From Diplonema japonicum (taxonomy: Eukaryota; Protista; Euglenozoa: Diplonemea), in contig OZ025730.1 of the NCBI GenBank assembly GCA_964019335.1, forward strand, positions 1 to 64,000: a stretch of DNA of 64,000 bases, read 5' to 3'. The position numbers and the translations under genes were made by a program. The notes under the pieces were generated by a model. That model saw only the letters and a program-made list of their open reading frames with translations, had not been told where the DNA came from and searched no databases. Position 1 is the stretch's first letter. Each line of letters starts with the position of its first letter. Below are positions 22,785-34,617 of the stretch, piece after piece.

Positions 22785-23079
22785 TTACCCGCCATTATGC
22801 TGCTCCTCGTCCCCTATTTTTTTTTTTTTTTTTTTTTTTTGGTGATTTATTTCGTTTTTTTCTTCAATTTTCTGCATACCAGGTAGTGCCTTAATATCTG
22901 CCTCGAAGGTAGGCTCGCCGCCAGCTTCTTCGTCCCCCCTGTCAGACATCACTACCCCATCGTAATTCTCGTCACATTCTTCTTGTTCCTCGCCCTCCTC
23001 CCCTGAGCTCCCACCCATGAAGAAAACAACAGCACCACCAACAGCAGCAATGACAAGCGCTGTGCGAAATATGTGTCCG

Positions 23080-23126
<47 letters not shown>

Positions 23127-23377
23127 ATACCAGTAAGACTAATCACGAACAACACGATCATCCAAGCAGGGATCTCCTCTTCCGTCTTCACGATTTCTTT
23201 GAAAGGCTGCAGGAGAAAAAGAGTGTTGCGCGGAGAAAAAGATGAACATACCTCAGCCACAACATTCATCGTAGTCATTTTGTACCTAGTAGAGAGGATC
23301 GATTCTGTGTTCTCAATCTGCGCCGTGAGCTTCGCCACAGTGGTAGCGGTTGTGTTTGTGGGTAAACCGAGAAGCTG

Positions 23378-23409
<32 letters not shown>

Positions 23410-24173
23410 CCCCATACCAAAAACCAAACAGTGTAGACGGGTTCGTTGCTCAACACCACTTTAAAGAAATGCACCTGTGAGTTCGCCACCTCGGCGTAGT
23501 AAGCAATTGAGCTTTTCAGCGAAGCCTGGTCCTGCTCCAGGTTGTTCGTCTGCAGCTCTGCTTGGAACTCATAAATCGGCGAGTCCTCTTTGCCATCCTC
23601 TATAGGCAGGCAGATAAGCGACGACGAGCAGTTCTGGCAGGCCGTGTCGGTAGGGTAGTAGCCGACAGCCGCAGCGGGGGTGAATGGAGAAACAACGTTC
23701 TGGCAAGCAGTTGAAAGGTTTGTCATGAGGAAAGTGTAGGCGGGGAGGCTGCATTCGCACTCGGGCACCAACGAAGGTGAGAATGTGATATTTTGCTTCA
23801 CAGACTGCGCTTTTTCCAAACAGCTGAGGAAGAAGTTGGACTCCGGCAGACAGTCGTCCGCCGCAGTAGGCTTCGCGAACGTGAGAACCTTCCCTGTCAC
23901 GCTGTTCGCAGAGCACACGGTGTTCATGGCATTGAGGTACCCTACTGTGTTTAACCGTGCTACCCACTCACAGTCTTTCCTCTTGCGGTCATCCGTTTCT
24001 GTTTCACACCCACACCCATGGTCAATCACGGTGTCGTTAATACCCGCGTCTACCCTGCACATCTTCCATGCATCCACCACCGTCTGTACCTTCGCTTCAC
24101 AAAACTCTTCTGCGGGCTGTGACTCTGCTATTATGACAAGGCATGATATGAAGATGGCGATGTAACGGATCAT
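22785..24173 (-). CDS. Cys-rich type I membrane protein, 5 exons (387 aa)
   Basis: Signal peptide MIRYIAIFISCLVIIAES. Introns 23375-23417, 23207-23251, 23060-23130 and 22814-22879 (all GTATG..AG). Splicing builds TM WMIVLFVISLTALVIAAVGGAVVFFM and an acidic tail. Confidence 0.75.
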
Positions 24174-24327
24174 GGTGTAGCCCCCTACTCCTGTTGACGA
24201 TGGGGCAAGCGAGGGGGAAAAGGGGAGGGAATAATGTATACTTTAACAAAGAATCTTATTACAAACTTACATCATGTGGGTTACATCTAAACTAAAAAGA
24301 GAAAGAGAAAGAAACGTATTCTAGAGA

Positions 24328-25632
24328 TCATTCTTGCCTTGCGGGACTGTCGAAGACCCTGTTGATAGGATTGCCGTTTGGCGACTGTGGGGGATGGTGC
24401 TCGACGTGGAGTGGGGGACGTGGTGCTTCTTCGTCGTTGTCGTGGTACTTAAGCTCTGCGGGTTGCTTTTTTTGCTGCGATTTGTTTCTTGTGAGGATGA
24501 CGGCAACGATGCCGCCTGCCACTAGCAGGACGCAGCACACAACGATGAGGGCGATGGCAACAGGTGGGAGGTCGTCGTCGCTGCTCGAGGCGCCCCCCCG
24601 AGCGGGGAGCTGTCCCCCAGGAGCCCCTCCGGGGGAGTTCGTCGCAGACGACCACCCGTTGGGGGACCCCACCGTGCACGATGGGTAGTTGTAGTAACCA
24701 GCCAGACAACTATTGCACGTCTTGCCACCATATCCTTGCCCGCATGTGCACACACACTCCGCCCCTGACCGGTGTGCCACTCCATGGGAATTGCACACCA
24801 CATGGCTGCATGGTGACGTGCCCACACCTTGCTGGCACGTTGGGTACCCGTAGTACCCTGCGCTGCACGTCTCGCACGCCTGCCCTGCGTACCCTGTGCT
24901 GCAATCGCACGAGCAGCTGTTGAGCACGGTGTTCCACTTCGCGGCCCCCCTGCTAGAGCACTGCATGTTGCTGCACGCCGACGTCGATGACGAACAATAA
25001 GGGTGCCCCGTGTAGCCTGCAGCGCACTGCGAGCACGACGTCCCCGCGTACCCTTGGTTGCACAGGCAGTTGCATGAGCCTGATACGTAATAAGGGGACC
25101 CCCTGTTGTTGCACGTAGCTGACGAGCACGACGATGCGAGTTTGCATGAAGGGTAGCCGGTGTAGCCTGTTGCACATTGCGTGCAGCTCTGCGAGGTGTA
25201 CCCAGGGTGGCAGTTGCAGGTGCAGGTGGTCCCAACATATGCCTTGGTGCCGTAGGTGCAGGAGCTGCAGGCGGTGGTTGGTTGAATGCACTGACCTTGC
25301 GTGTTGCAAACCCATCCCGCAGCGCAGGTGCACGAGGGGACACAGGCCCCGCTTGACCCACAGACCTCATTGCTGCCACATCCACACTCTGCAGGGCGGT
25401 TGTTGCAGTTGAACTGCGAACATGCGTAACACAGCCCGTTCCCAGAACAGTACATCCCTTGGCTGCACGCACACCCTTGCGAGTTGCAGTTACACCCCGT
25501 TGCTTGCAGCGTTCTCCAGCGCTCCACCACTACTGCCACTCCAGGTTCCCCGTCCAGCTCCATCCCAGCCTTCACCTCCCATCCCGTCGAGGCACCCACC
25601 GCAGCCAATAGTAATATCGGTCCCGCCAGCAT
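24328..25632 (-). CDS. Laminin-type EGF repeat type I membrane protein
   Basis: ATG at 25632 with a signal peptide; four C.C..GY.G..C..C..GY.GYP.C-like repeats; TM VAIALIVVCCVLLVAGGIVAVIL. Confidence 0.85.
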   Translation of the reverse strand: MLAGPILLLAAVGASTGWEVKAGMELDGEPGVAVVVERWRTLQATGCNCNSQGCACSQGMYCSGNGLCYACSQFNCNNRPAECGCGSNEVCGSSGACVPSCTCAAGWVCNTQGQCIQPTTACSSCTYGTKAYVGTTCTCNCHPGYTSQSCTQCATGYTGYPSCKLASSCSSATCNNRGSPYYVSGSCNCLCNQGYAGTSCSQCAAGYTGHPYCSSSTSACSNMQCSSRGAAKWNTVLNSCSCDCSTGYAGQACETCSAGYYGYPTCQQGVGTSPCSHVVCNSHGVAHRSGAECVCTCGQGYGGKTCNSCLAGYYNYPSCTVGSPNGWSSATNSPGGAPGGQLPARGGASSSDDDLPPVAIALIVVCCVLLVAGGIVAVILTRNKSQQKKQPAELKYHDNDEEAPRPPLHVEHHPPQSPNGNPINRVFDSPARQE

Positions 25633-25867
25633 GCCTAAGGGTGGGTAACATTGCGGAACAAGAGTCTCAAATAAACATTGAAAGAATCTAACTGGAAAAA
25701 GAAAGAAAGGTATATTACAACAGGGGTACGGGGGAGGATTAAAAAGGGGGAGAAGTGGTAACAGTAAAAAAAAAAAGAGGAGATACAAATAAAGTCTCTA
25801 TAGGGAGAAAGGAGAAAAAAAAAAGGTACAAAGAGAGGAGAAACATCCGCAAAAAAGACTTTTCTAT

Positions 25868-26725
25868 TTAAAAGTCAGGAAGAGGCGCAGGGGTAACCTT
25901 TATAGGTGTCAAGAGAGCCGCGGGAGTGGAGGGGGGGGGTATAGGCCGCAAGTGAGGTCTAGCTGCAGGTAGAGCAGAGATGAGAGGGGGAAAGGGTTCC
26001 GCGGCAATAACGACGGGAACGGGCTCGGCAGGGGCGATGATGACAGGGCAGTCGATTGCCAAGGGCACGGGACAAGTTGCCAAGGGAGCGGGACACGGAG
26101 GCATCAACCTATTTTGAATTTCTTTTTTCCCCCCCACCCCACACCTGTACGGCCTTGTGGGCTCTATCTCAGTGCACCTCACTGTCTCCTGTCTAACAGT
26201 GCATCTATGCGCGTCCAACGGCAACAGTGTCCTTGACTTGTCTTTAAGATGTTCTTCCCTCAAAAGAGACGGCCCGCTGGACAAAGGGCGTACAGGGTCC
26301 AAGGTAAAGGGCTTAATAGAGAAGGCAGGGTGGTCGGGTAGAGGCAAAGGAAGCTGATGTGGTGCCGGAGGTGGGGGTAGAGACGCAACAGGAGCAACGT
26401 GAGGTGTGGCTGCAGAGGGGTAAGGGATGGGCCCCACCACATCTGTGATGTTAGGTTGGATGACATACAGCTGGCAATAGTCCGCCAGAGGTGTATTGGG
26501 CAGTAGATCCTTCCATGCGCCTGTCGTATCGTCCAGAGCTTGGATCTTCCCCACCTCCACCTTTTGCATTTCAACCCCTTCCGGCCGATTTACTAACGCT
26601 TCCATCTTCAACACGCGTTCGATCTCCTTCTCCAGCTCCACTGTGCAGGGGAGCCCGTTGAACCCTATCTCGATGTTGCACTTCTTGCCGTACATGTCGG
26701 CTGCGATGAACGTTGTGAAAACCAT
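25868..26725 (-). CDS. BILBO1 N-terminal (ubiquitin-like) domain protein with Pro-rich tail
   Basis: MVFTTFIAADMYGKKCNIEIGF..WKDL...LADYCQLYVIQP matches the euglenozoan BILBO1 NTD pattern. Probable in-frame intron 26109-26144 (36 nt, GTGTG..TAG). Confidence 0.75.
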   Translation of the reverse strand: MVFTTFIAADMYGKKCNIEIGFNGLPCTVELEKEIERVLKMEALVNRPEGVEMQKVEVGKIQALDDTTGAWKDLLPNTPLADYCQLYVIQPNITDVVGPIPYPSAATPHVAPVASLPPPPAPHQLPLPLPDHPAFSIKPFTLDPVRPLSSGPSLLREEHLKDKSRTLLPLDAHRCTVRQETVRCTEIEPTRPYRCGVGGKKEIQNRLMPPCPAPLATCPVPLAIDCPVIIAPAEPVPVVIAAEPFPPLISALPAARPHLRPIPPPSTPAALLTPIKVTPAPLPDF

Positions 26726-26952
26726 TTCTTTTTTATTTTATTATACTTTTTTTACCCCCTCGCCCCTCCTTTTACGATTTCTTTTTTCGATATGCGAGGA
26801 GGAAAAAAAAAAAACACAGAAATAAAAAAAAAAACACTTTTAAAAAAAAGGGGGGGGGATGGGAGGAGAAGGTGTATTCACAGAAGATTTCCGAGCCACC
26901 TTTGTATTTTTCTTTTTTACACACTTTTTTTTTTTTTTTTTGAAAAACCTCC

Positions 26953-28212
26953 TCACAACTCATTTTCGTCCACCGCCATTGCCTGGTTGGTCGCGTGTAT
27001 CATTTCGATGAGCGAGGAGAACATGTTGGCATCAATGTGCTGCGTGAGGTTCGACCCTGGGGATGCAGGGTCCTCAATGTGAATACACCTGTTTCGGTAC
27101 TGATGGGTAGAGTAGCGCGCATGGCTCTTCGGCAACAACTCGTCAAGCGACAGCGAGATAACGGTGGCATCGTAATTGAACTCATACGCGTAGAAAAAGA
27201 AGAATTTGGGGAAGAGGAGAAGCAGTTGCTCCCGGTCCTGGGAGGTAAGGTAAGGGTACTGCACCTCCGTGGGAGGCGGGTACGGATCCTTGACATTACT
27301 GGGGTCAAGCCAAGTAATCTCATCCTTCATGAGAAGGAAGTAAATAACCATCAATGTAAGCGAATACGAGTCCAGAACCCCTGGAACAACACCAGTTAGC
27401 TTCCCCCATCTTTTCAACCCCCTAACCAACTCAGACACCAAGATAGAGCGCACGGCATACGCCATAATTACTGCTGTCGAGTGAGTTCCCCGCATTTCAT
27501 TCCCGCCGTTGGTGATGGCGAACTTCAGGGTGTCGATCATCCTGTCCGACTTAGGGTCGCATTCTGTCTTCACAACCCTTGACTGCTGCCTGCTTGTCCG
27601 CCGTTTGTACTCAACATCTCTGAAGGTGTCTGCAAGGAGCCACTTTAGAACCCTCTTCCCTGTGATGTAAGGCCCAGTTACCTCCAGATCGACTGGGTCA
27701 GTCACCAAAGCTGTGTTGCTCATCCAGCCCCCTATGACATTTACTTTTACACGTTTGGCGTCTGCCTCGTTTTGGATCATCTGAAAAAAAAGATTTTTAA
27801 AAGGAGAAATCCATACATTTTCAATGTATTCTCTTAGTGCGTTGCACATAGCGAGTTTCATGGGCGGCATGGTGAGGACTCCTAGTATCCCTTTGACACT
27901 CTCGACTATCTGTTTTTTTTTTTTTTTTTTTTTTTTTTTGGAGGGGAATTGTTGTACCTTTTTCATGCGGTCTTCTGGGATTTCTTGGAGCTGGACCTCA
28001 ACCTCTGCAGAGACTTCGCTGCTGGATCTATTTCTGTCTCTTATGGACCCCCTTCGGCCTTCGTTGTGTCTCTCATCCCGTCTTGGTCTTCTCTCTCTTC
28101 GGTCTTCTCTATCCCTCCAATCTTGCCTGTCGTCCCGGTACCTCCTGCCACCGTCATGCTGTCTGGGCCTTCTGTCCCTTCTGTAGTCATCCCTTTCTCT
28201 GCCGCCATACAT
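26953..28212 (-). CDS. Cid1/TUTase-family nucleotidyltransferase-like protein with RD/RE-rich N-terminus (degenerate active site)
   Basis: ATG at 28212. LKRWGK..GVLDSYSLTLMVIYFL, FFFFYAYEFNY..VISL, IHIEDP..NL (PAP-associated domain). Introns 27910-27957 and 27781-27816. Confidence 0.75.
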   Translation of the reverse strand: MYGGRERDDYRRDRRPRQHDGGRRYRDDRQDWRDREDRRERRPRRDERHNEGRRGSIRDRNRSSSEVSAEVEVQLQEIPEDRMKKVQQFPSKKKKKKKKKQIVESVKGILGVLTMPPMKLAMCNALREYIENVWISPFKNLFFQMIQNEADAKRVKVNVIGGWMSNTALVTDPVDLEVTGPYITGKRVLKWLLADTFRDVEYKRRTSRQQSRVVKTECDPKSDRMIDTLKFAITNGGNEMRGTHSTAVIMAYAVRSILVSELVRGLKRWGKLTGVVPGVLDSYSLTLMVIYFLLMKDEITWLDPSNVKDPYPPPTEVQYPYLTSQDREQLLLLFPKFFFFYAYEFNYDATVISLSLDELLPKSHARYSTHQYRNRCIHIEDPASPGSNLTQHIDANMFSSLIEMIHATNQAMAVDENEL

Positions 28213-28300
28213 TATGTTACTTTGATGTGAATTTGTTACGCATAAAAAAAACGAATTAGGAAAAAAAAAACAGAGGGAATAACAAAAAAAAAAATCCTTA

Positions 28301-28337
<37 letters not shown>

Positions 28338-28734
28338 CCCCTCCCCCTGGTTGTGAAGAAGCGATAGTTTTGACAATCAACACGGTGTCTAACGAGTTGG
28401 TGTCGTTTTTTCTTTTTTTTTTTTTATTTCTCTTTTTTTTTTCTCCCCCTCTCCAAGCATTTTTTTTTTATCTTCCAAAGTGTTTTTCTTTTTTTTTTTG
28501 ATATGTTACACAGAAGCACACCACACTCCTAAGTTCCTTTTTTTTTTTAAAAATTTTTGTTTAAAAAAAAGAAAGAAACAAAAAAATGGGAAGGGGGGGG
28601 AGCTTTTTTTTCTTTTCTCTTCTTTCTTTTTTCAAAAAGGCTTATTAGGGGTACCTAAAAATCCTTCCCCCTTGTTAGTACAGAATATGTGGAACCCCCC
28701 CCCCCCCCCCCCCCGCCGCCTCTATTCTTCTCAT

Positions 28735-28748
28735 CTAAACACCAATCG

Positions 28749-28785
<37 letters not shown>

Positions 28786-29832
28786 TTCCCCCCCCCCTCG
28801 TATTTTCCCCTCTTTTCTTTCTTCATACCTCCCGTCATGGTTAGAATCCTTTTCTGAGGCGTCGCAAAAATACCGCAGGCAAGCATCTTCCAGAAGGTTG
28901 TGGGTGATGTGGGGGAAGTCGGTGGACAGGTCAGAGAGGGCCTTTTTTATTATTTTTTTTTTTCCCCCCCTCTTCTTCCAAGATACCTTTTGGAACTCAA
29001 AGATCTGATGCCCGAAACCCCCACCGTGTGACCCAAACGAAAACTTCACATCTGTGCCGGACGCGCTGGTGCAGGACCCCGGGGGCTCGAACAATTCTGC
29101 GGCAGGTTCTCTGGCAAGATAGTTGAAGTAATCGGTTGTGACCTTCTGCCCCGGATCGAAGGAAGACAGGTCGTTGGCCGGCTTGTCGTAACTAGCGATC
29201 TCCTGGTCAGGGGCGTCACCTTTGCCTTCATCGTAAAATCTCCAGTCCCGATCGTCGGTGTCTTCCTCTGGTTTTTGTTGGTGGTCGGAGGGGCCGATTT
29301 CCCGACGGAAAAGTCGTGAAAAAGTAGTTCTCCAAGGCAGCCAGTTCCCAGGTGCGTCTGCACCGGCGGTTCTGTTGATTTGCTTGACGTAGAAGTCAAG
29401 GGAATGGTATTTCCCGTCCATCGCCCTCATGACCCCGTTGTAGTTTACAACTACAGTGTCGCGTACCAGGACGCGTTCTTCATTGAGTACAGAGCCTTTA
29501 GGAGTCGCGAAGGGCATCAATGTCCCGTTCACGGAAACGTTTGCGCAGCTCCCGTCGTTTAGCAGGTACAGGCGGCCTTCATTGAACCTCGCTATGAATG
29601 AAAAGACCCTGCCTTGCGATGCGTGGTCCATGCGTAGCCACTGCTTCTTCTCGCTGTAGTGTACCGCCCCCGCTTGGGTCTGGCTGTCCAGACCGTTATT
29701 CATCGGAATGGTCGTCCCTGTGTGCACGCTGAACTCCTGGGGGAACATGGACATGGTGGGGTTCCTCGGCGCCCCGCCTTTAGCCATACCCATGCAGAGC
29801 GAGAGCAATAACGCTGCCCTGAGCCATGGCAT
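28735..29832 (-). CDS. Secreted ependymin-related (EPDR)-like protein
   Basis: Signal peptide; PQEFS, G.VHYS....LR, G.LYLLN..SC, TDYFNY..LFEPP.SC resemble ependymin-family motifs. Probable introns 28942-28986 and 28751-28828. Confidence 0.55.
28752..28781. repeat. (TG)n microsatellite inside an intron
   Basis: About 15 perfect TG units directly before the intron acceptor (CA repeats then CAG on the minus strand). Confidence 0.9.
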
Positions 29833-30721
29833 TTTGTTTTTGTTTTTGTGTTTCTATTTTTTTGAAGTTGCTTTTTTTTTCTTTCTTTTTTTTTTTTTTT
29901 TTTTTTTTCGCTTTTTGACTTATTACTTAAAAAGACGGAAAACTTCTATTTATTTTGTCAATTTTTGTAGCATGGCTGAACTGGTACCTTTTTCTTTTCC
30001 CTTTTTTTTTTTTTTTTTTGAAAAAGCTGGGGTCAACTTTTTGGAGTACATCTGCCTGGAGGTTGCAACACTGACTAATGCAAGGCGCTTTCACAAAAAG
30101 GGCTAACCGATTGGGACGTGCCATGGAAAAACTGATGGGAAAGTTCGCATCAAAAAAAAAAGAACAAAGGTGGGGAAAGAAACAGAGAAGTGTGCAAGGG
30201 GGGGAGGGGGGTGTGTGCTCACTGTAATCGGTTTCAGGGTGTCATGTACAGCCACGCCGTTCTTTTTTTTCGCCAGGTGCACACTTCACTGATGATTGCG
30301 GCGCTTTGACATATTTTTCCACAGAAACCGGAGCCCCCACAGAGTGGCACCGTTACACAGCTACTATAAAAAAAATTACAAAACAGAACAAAAAAAAAAT
30401 CGACAATGTGCAGTGACGAACTCTTTCCTTTTTCATTTTTCTCCCCCTCCTCCACCCCCAGCTTTTGTCCGTCTGCTAAGGGGGGGGGGGGGGGGGGGGG
30501 AATGAAACCACACCCCACGCAACACTCCCGAAGGGTGGGATGACAAACAATAAAAATATTTAAAAAAAAAAGGGGGGGGGAATCACTGGTGACGAGAAGT
30601 GCTGGCAACGACCCACCAAACAAAGAATTAAGAAACAAAAGGAAAGGGAAAGTGCGAAACTAGTTTCTTTTTTTCTAAGGGATTCTTGTTCTTGTTTTTG
30701 TTTTTGTTTTTTCTTTTTTTT

Positions 30722-30873
30722 TTAACTGTTTTCAGGGGAGACGGACCTCCTCGCCCTCTCTGGAAGGGGCGTGTCTATGGTGCTGGATGAAACAGAATTG
30801 GGGTCCACAAACTCGGCACCAAACTCAGGGGTCGTGAGGATCGTCACGTGGTCGACTACTTGCTTACCAATTT

Positions 30874-30908
<35 letters not shown>

Positions 30909-33053
30909 ACAAAAAAAAAAAGAATTACCTGCTGCGCCTTCTCCAACTCTCCCTTCAATCTCATGTTGTCTTTGAGCAGGGAAAAGATCATCGCTTCCTT
31001 TTCCGCTAGTTTCTCGGCGTACTCCGCACGAACCTGTGCCTCCACCACCTCTCGTAGACTCTTCTGCTCGTCACCCGCTGCCCGCCCAGTAGGGGACAAG
31101 CTTCCGGGTTTGATCAAAGGCGGCTTCCCTGTAGGCCCGTGGCCTAATGAAGTCCGTTTCGCGGGCAATGTGTGGCTGAGACTAGGCGAGGAGCGTGGCG
31201 TGCTTCTGTTGAAATCAGGCGTTCGGGAAGCCTGTCTTCGGGTTGTCCATTTGTGTTTCGAACCTCGTGAGTTCAGACTTGATGCAGATGTGCTGTCCCA
31301 GTCCCCGGCATGCGCGCTTCGTTTCAATTTGCAGAATTCACACAATTGCGGTGTCCCCCATGCTGCCTTGAACCCGTTGCACTTCACAACCTTTCCACGC
31401 GAGACGTTCAGTTCTGACAGTGCAGGTGTCGCCACGTGATCAGCATCAGGGATGGCGTCATCAAGAGCTGCAGGGGGTGTCTTCCCCATGAACGTTGTCG
31501 CAGGGGATGTGGGGGCAGAACAGCCACCGTTCGGGATGACATGAGACGGGGATAGTTTAGCAGGTTTCGAAGTGCTCTGAGGCGACTGGGCCTTTAAAGG
31601 CGACCGGTGCACCCTATTGCTAGGCGACCTCGATGCTGTATGCGCAGGGCTGTGCGGTGGTGTTCGTGCGGGTGTGGTTGTTGGTTGTATCTCTGCCCAT
31701 GCGTCCCCCATCGCTTTCCCGACAGACTCAAGCTGCGTTTCGCTTAGATTCGCAACTAGTATCGGCGCCAGTATCTCTACCCCGCCCATTTTATCGGCGA
31801 GGCTCTCCGCAAGCTTCCTTGCGTGCGCCCGGGTGTTCTCTGACGCGTCGCTTAAAAAACTTCCGAGCGACTTCACAAGAAGCCCCATCTTCGAGTAATG
31901 CTTCAACACATGGAACTCGATCACCTCCACCGTCTGCGTGATGACCTTAATACACTGTGCCTTCAACGTACCGTTTTTGCTGTTCGTCGCGCTGGCAAGC
32001 ATCCGGGATATGAGGCGAACTCTGTGTGTTTTATATTTATTTTAACCCCCGGCACTGGGAGCACACCTATGGTGGTCGGTGATATGTTGGATGACATCAT
32101 GGAAGCATTCTTCAGCAGCGTCTCGGATGAAGTGGTTGTCGCCCGATGCCAACCGTAGTACCTCTGTCGTGAGAGGCTCGAGCTGCGCGTCCAAAGCTTT
32201 CAGCTCTCTGTGGTGGTGATAATTTGTAACAACCTCTGGGTGACTGCACATCATACCTGCAATCGCTTTTGACAATGTCGGAGAAGGTGAGCAGCGCGTT
32301 CTTCATGACGGCACTGCGGAGGGACTTCATGCACGCAGTGACCGCCATAAGGACGGACTGCAAACTATTCACAAGATAGTGCGGGTGGAAGACGGTGAAT
32401 CTACGGATCAAGGTGAGCCCCGCACACTGCAGGTTCCAGTCCGTTTTCCGGATGTCATCCAAGGACTTGGTGAAGATGAGTTGAGATACATGCGGGATAG
32501 CCGTGAGTTCCTCTGCCTTTACATAAGAGGGAGTTTGGAGGTGTGCAGTCCGGCGGGTCACGGATTGAGTGGAAAGAGAGGGTTGACGGGTGGTTGGCTT
32601 TTTAACGATTTTCTTCAAAACAACCGGTTCCGGTTCCGGTTCTGGGTCAGGGTCGGGGGGGGTGGCGAGAGGCGGGGTAGAAATGCAGTTCGTAGGCGAC
32701 GAGTCGGTAAGAGAACTTGGTAGGTCCTCCCACAGGACGGCAAGGCTTGGCCGAACATCGCGAACCATGCAGGCGTCCTTTGTCGGTGCCACCACCAAGG
32801 TCTCATCGACCCACTTGAACACCATGTCGTTGTCAAGAAGGACGTCCCCTTCACATGTCACCTCCAAGTGTCGTGCCTCTACATTCTCCACCGTTATCGG
32901 GAAGTCGTCGAATGACACCAACGGCAGCATCGCCTCCTTCAGCTCCCCAATGGTCATCTCGTCCTTGTTCGGTACCTTCACACCCACCGCCTCGTCCTCC
33001 GACGCCCCCGAGATCCGTATCCATATTTTTACTACTTTTTCGTTGTCGGCCAT
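30722..33053 (-). CDS. TOG/CLASP-N (HEAT) domain protein, 4 exons (727 aa)
   Basis: DWNLQCAGLTLIRRF, KSLRSAVMKNAL, NHFIRDAAEE, LSDASENTRAHARK. Introns 32208-32256, 32022-32066 and 30875-30928 give an in-frame 2184-nt CDS. Confidence 0.75.
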
Positions 33054-33558
33054 CCAAAGTGACCCGCCTCTTTTTTTTTTTTTTTTTTGTGTTTTGATTT
33101 TGCAGAATAACAACGATGGGGGGGGGGGGGGGGGGATGAAAGATGCTGCACTTTTTCTCGCTCTCTTTTTGTTGCGAAAAAAAAATCTTTTTTTTTTGTT
33201 AGCTTATCTTGTAGCGTCATTTTAAGAATATCTTTTGCTCGTGCGACAAAAGACACGTCATCAAGAACTTTTTCTCTCTTTTTTTTTTGGTTCCTTCTGA
33301 CAGTTTCCAAAAAATCTTCCTCTAAAAAAAAGAACATGTGCTGTCGTGGGGGGAGGTTTATCTTTCTCACCCTCCCCCTTCTATGCTTACAAACATAGAT
33401 CTTAGGCTTGGTGGGGCCAAGAGTGCACGGCAATATTATGAAAAACGCTACTTTTTTCGGGCAAATTTTATCGAAAACGAGACATTTCACACGTTTTTTC
33501 TTTCTTTTTTTTCTCTTTTTTTTTCCCTCTTACAAAAAAAAAAGAAGAAAGACACTCT

Positions 33559-34617
33559 TTAGTTTTTAGACAGTTCCAGCACAGTGGCGGCAACCTTCAG
33601 TGCTTGCCTCACTTCAGGGATGTAAGAGGGGAAGAGTGGAGCGATGTGGCAGAGATGGTCTTGGTGGGTGTGGGAAAGGGTAGGGGTTTGGTGCTTGGCA
33701 GCGAAAGCAACAGCAGGGGGCCCGATGGGGTCGATCCCGCCCGTCCAGATCCAGGTGGGGGGGAGGGCATCGAACACCTCCTTGTCCTCCCAGTACAAAG
33801 CGGAGTAGTGCTTTGTACCCTTCTCCTTCATCCCTTCCATGAAATAACTCCTGAAGATGTTGTAAATCTCCTTGTGCAAAAGAGGGTCCGTGACAGTTTC
33901 ATCCATAAAACCAACTGTCAAATCAACCGACGGTGAGATCAACAAGTACGCACGGGGGATGCTCCCCCCGCGGCGTACAAGCTCCCTGTGCATCAGCAGG
34001 GTCAACGTGCCTCCAGCAGAATCGCCTCCGACTACCATAGTGGGGTAGGCATCACGCATTCTATCATAACACTTCATGGCATCTTCCAATAGCTGTTCTT
34101 GGTCCACGTCTGGTAAGAGAGGGTACTCGCAAATGAAAATATCGCCTTTGTGTTCAATATTCGATGCGAACTCTATCACAGACGGGGTGTATCCGCGACT
34201 GCTGCCTACGGTGAAGCCTCCACCATGATAGTACAGAAGAGGGGCTTCGGAAGGTTGTGTTCCTGGTACAAACCACCCGAGAGGCTCTTGGCGTGCGTGT
34301 CCCATCGTGACTGGGTTCCATGGGTTCAGGAGCTGCATCCCCCTTTCCACAATTTCTCGGTTCTCCTGAACGGTTTTGTCTAATGACACGCCGAGGCCGA
34401 CATTTCTCCCGAATGCGTTGTTCATCTGCAAGATGTTCAGGAACAGTTTTGCCTCTTGCGTGCCTTCCCCCTCAGAGCAGGACACAATCCCATTTATGCA
34501 AACGGCAGTTGCCAGTTTCAAACCACCACGCGCAGCTGTGCTGAGCATCAGATAGCCACCGCCCGTCGCAAGGCAGATGGCGGTGAACAGCACAATACAG
34601 AAGCACTCCCCGACCAT
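33559..34617 (-). CDS. HSL-family alpha/beta hydrolase (esterase/lipase)
   Basis: YYHGGGF, EYPLLP, GDSAGG nucleophile elbow, LISP.VDL, LPP..I.TG..D, C-terminal His. Confidence 0.9.
   Translation of the reverse strand: MVGECFCIVLFTAICLATGGGYLMLSTAARGGLKLATAVCINGIVSCSEGEGTQEAKLFLNILQMNNAFGRNVGLGVSLDKTVQENREIVERGMQLLNPWNPVTMGHARQEPLGWFVPGTQPSEAPLLYYHGGGFTVGSSRGYTPSVIEFASNIEHKGDIFICEYPLLPDVDQEQLLEDAMKCYDRMRDAYPTMVVGGDSAGGTLTLLMHRELVRRGGSIPRAYLLISPSVDLTVGFMDETVTDPLLHKEIYNIFRSYFMEGMKEKGTKHYSALYWEDKEVFDALPPTWIWTGGIDPIGPPAVAFAAKHQTPTLSHTHQDHLCHIAPLFPSYIPEVRQALKVAATVLELSKN

Noticed and set aside
30200-30320. Minus-strand MSKRRNHQ-TGA mini-ORF as a selenoprotein or ribosomal L29-like gene
   Set aside because: No convincing SECIS element and no sustained similarity after the TGA.
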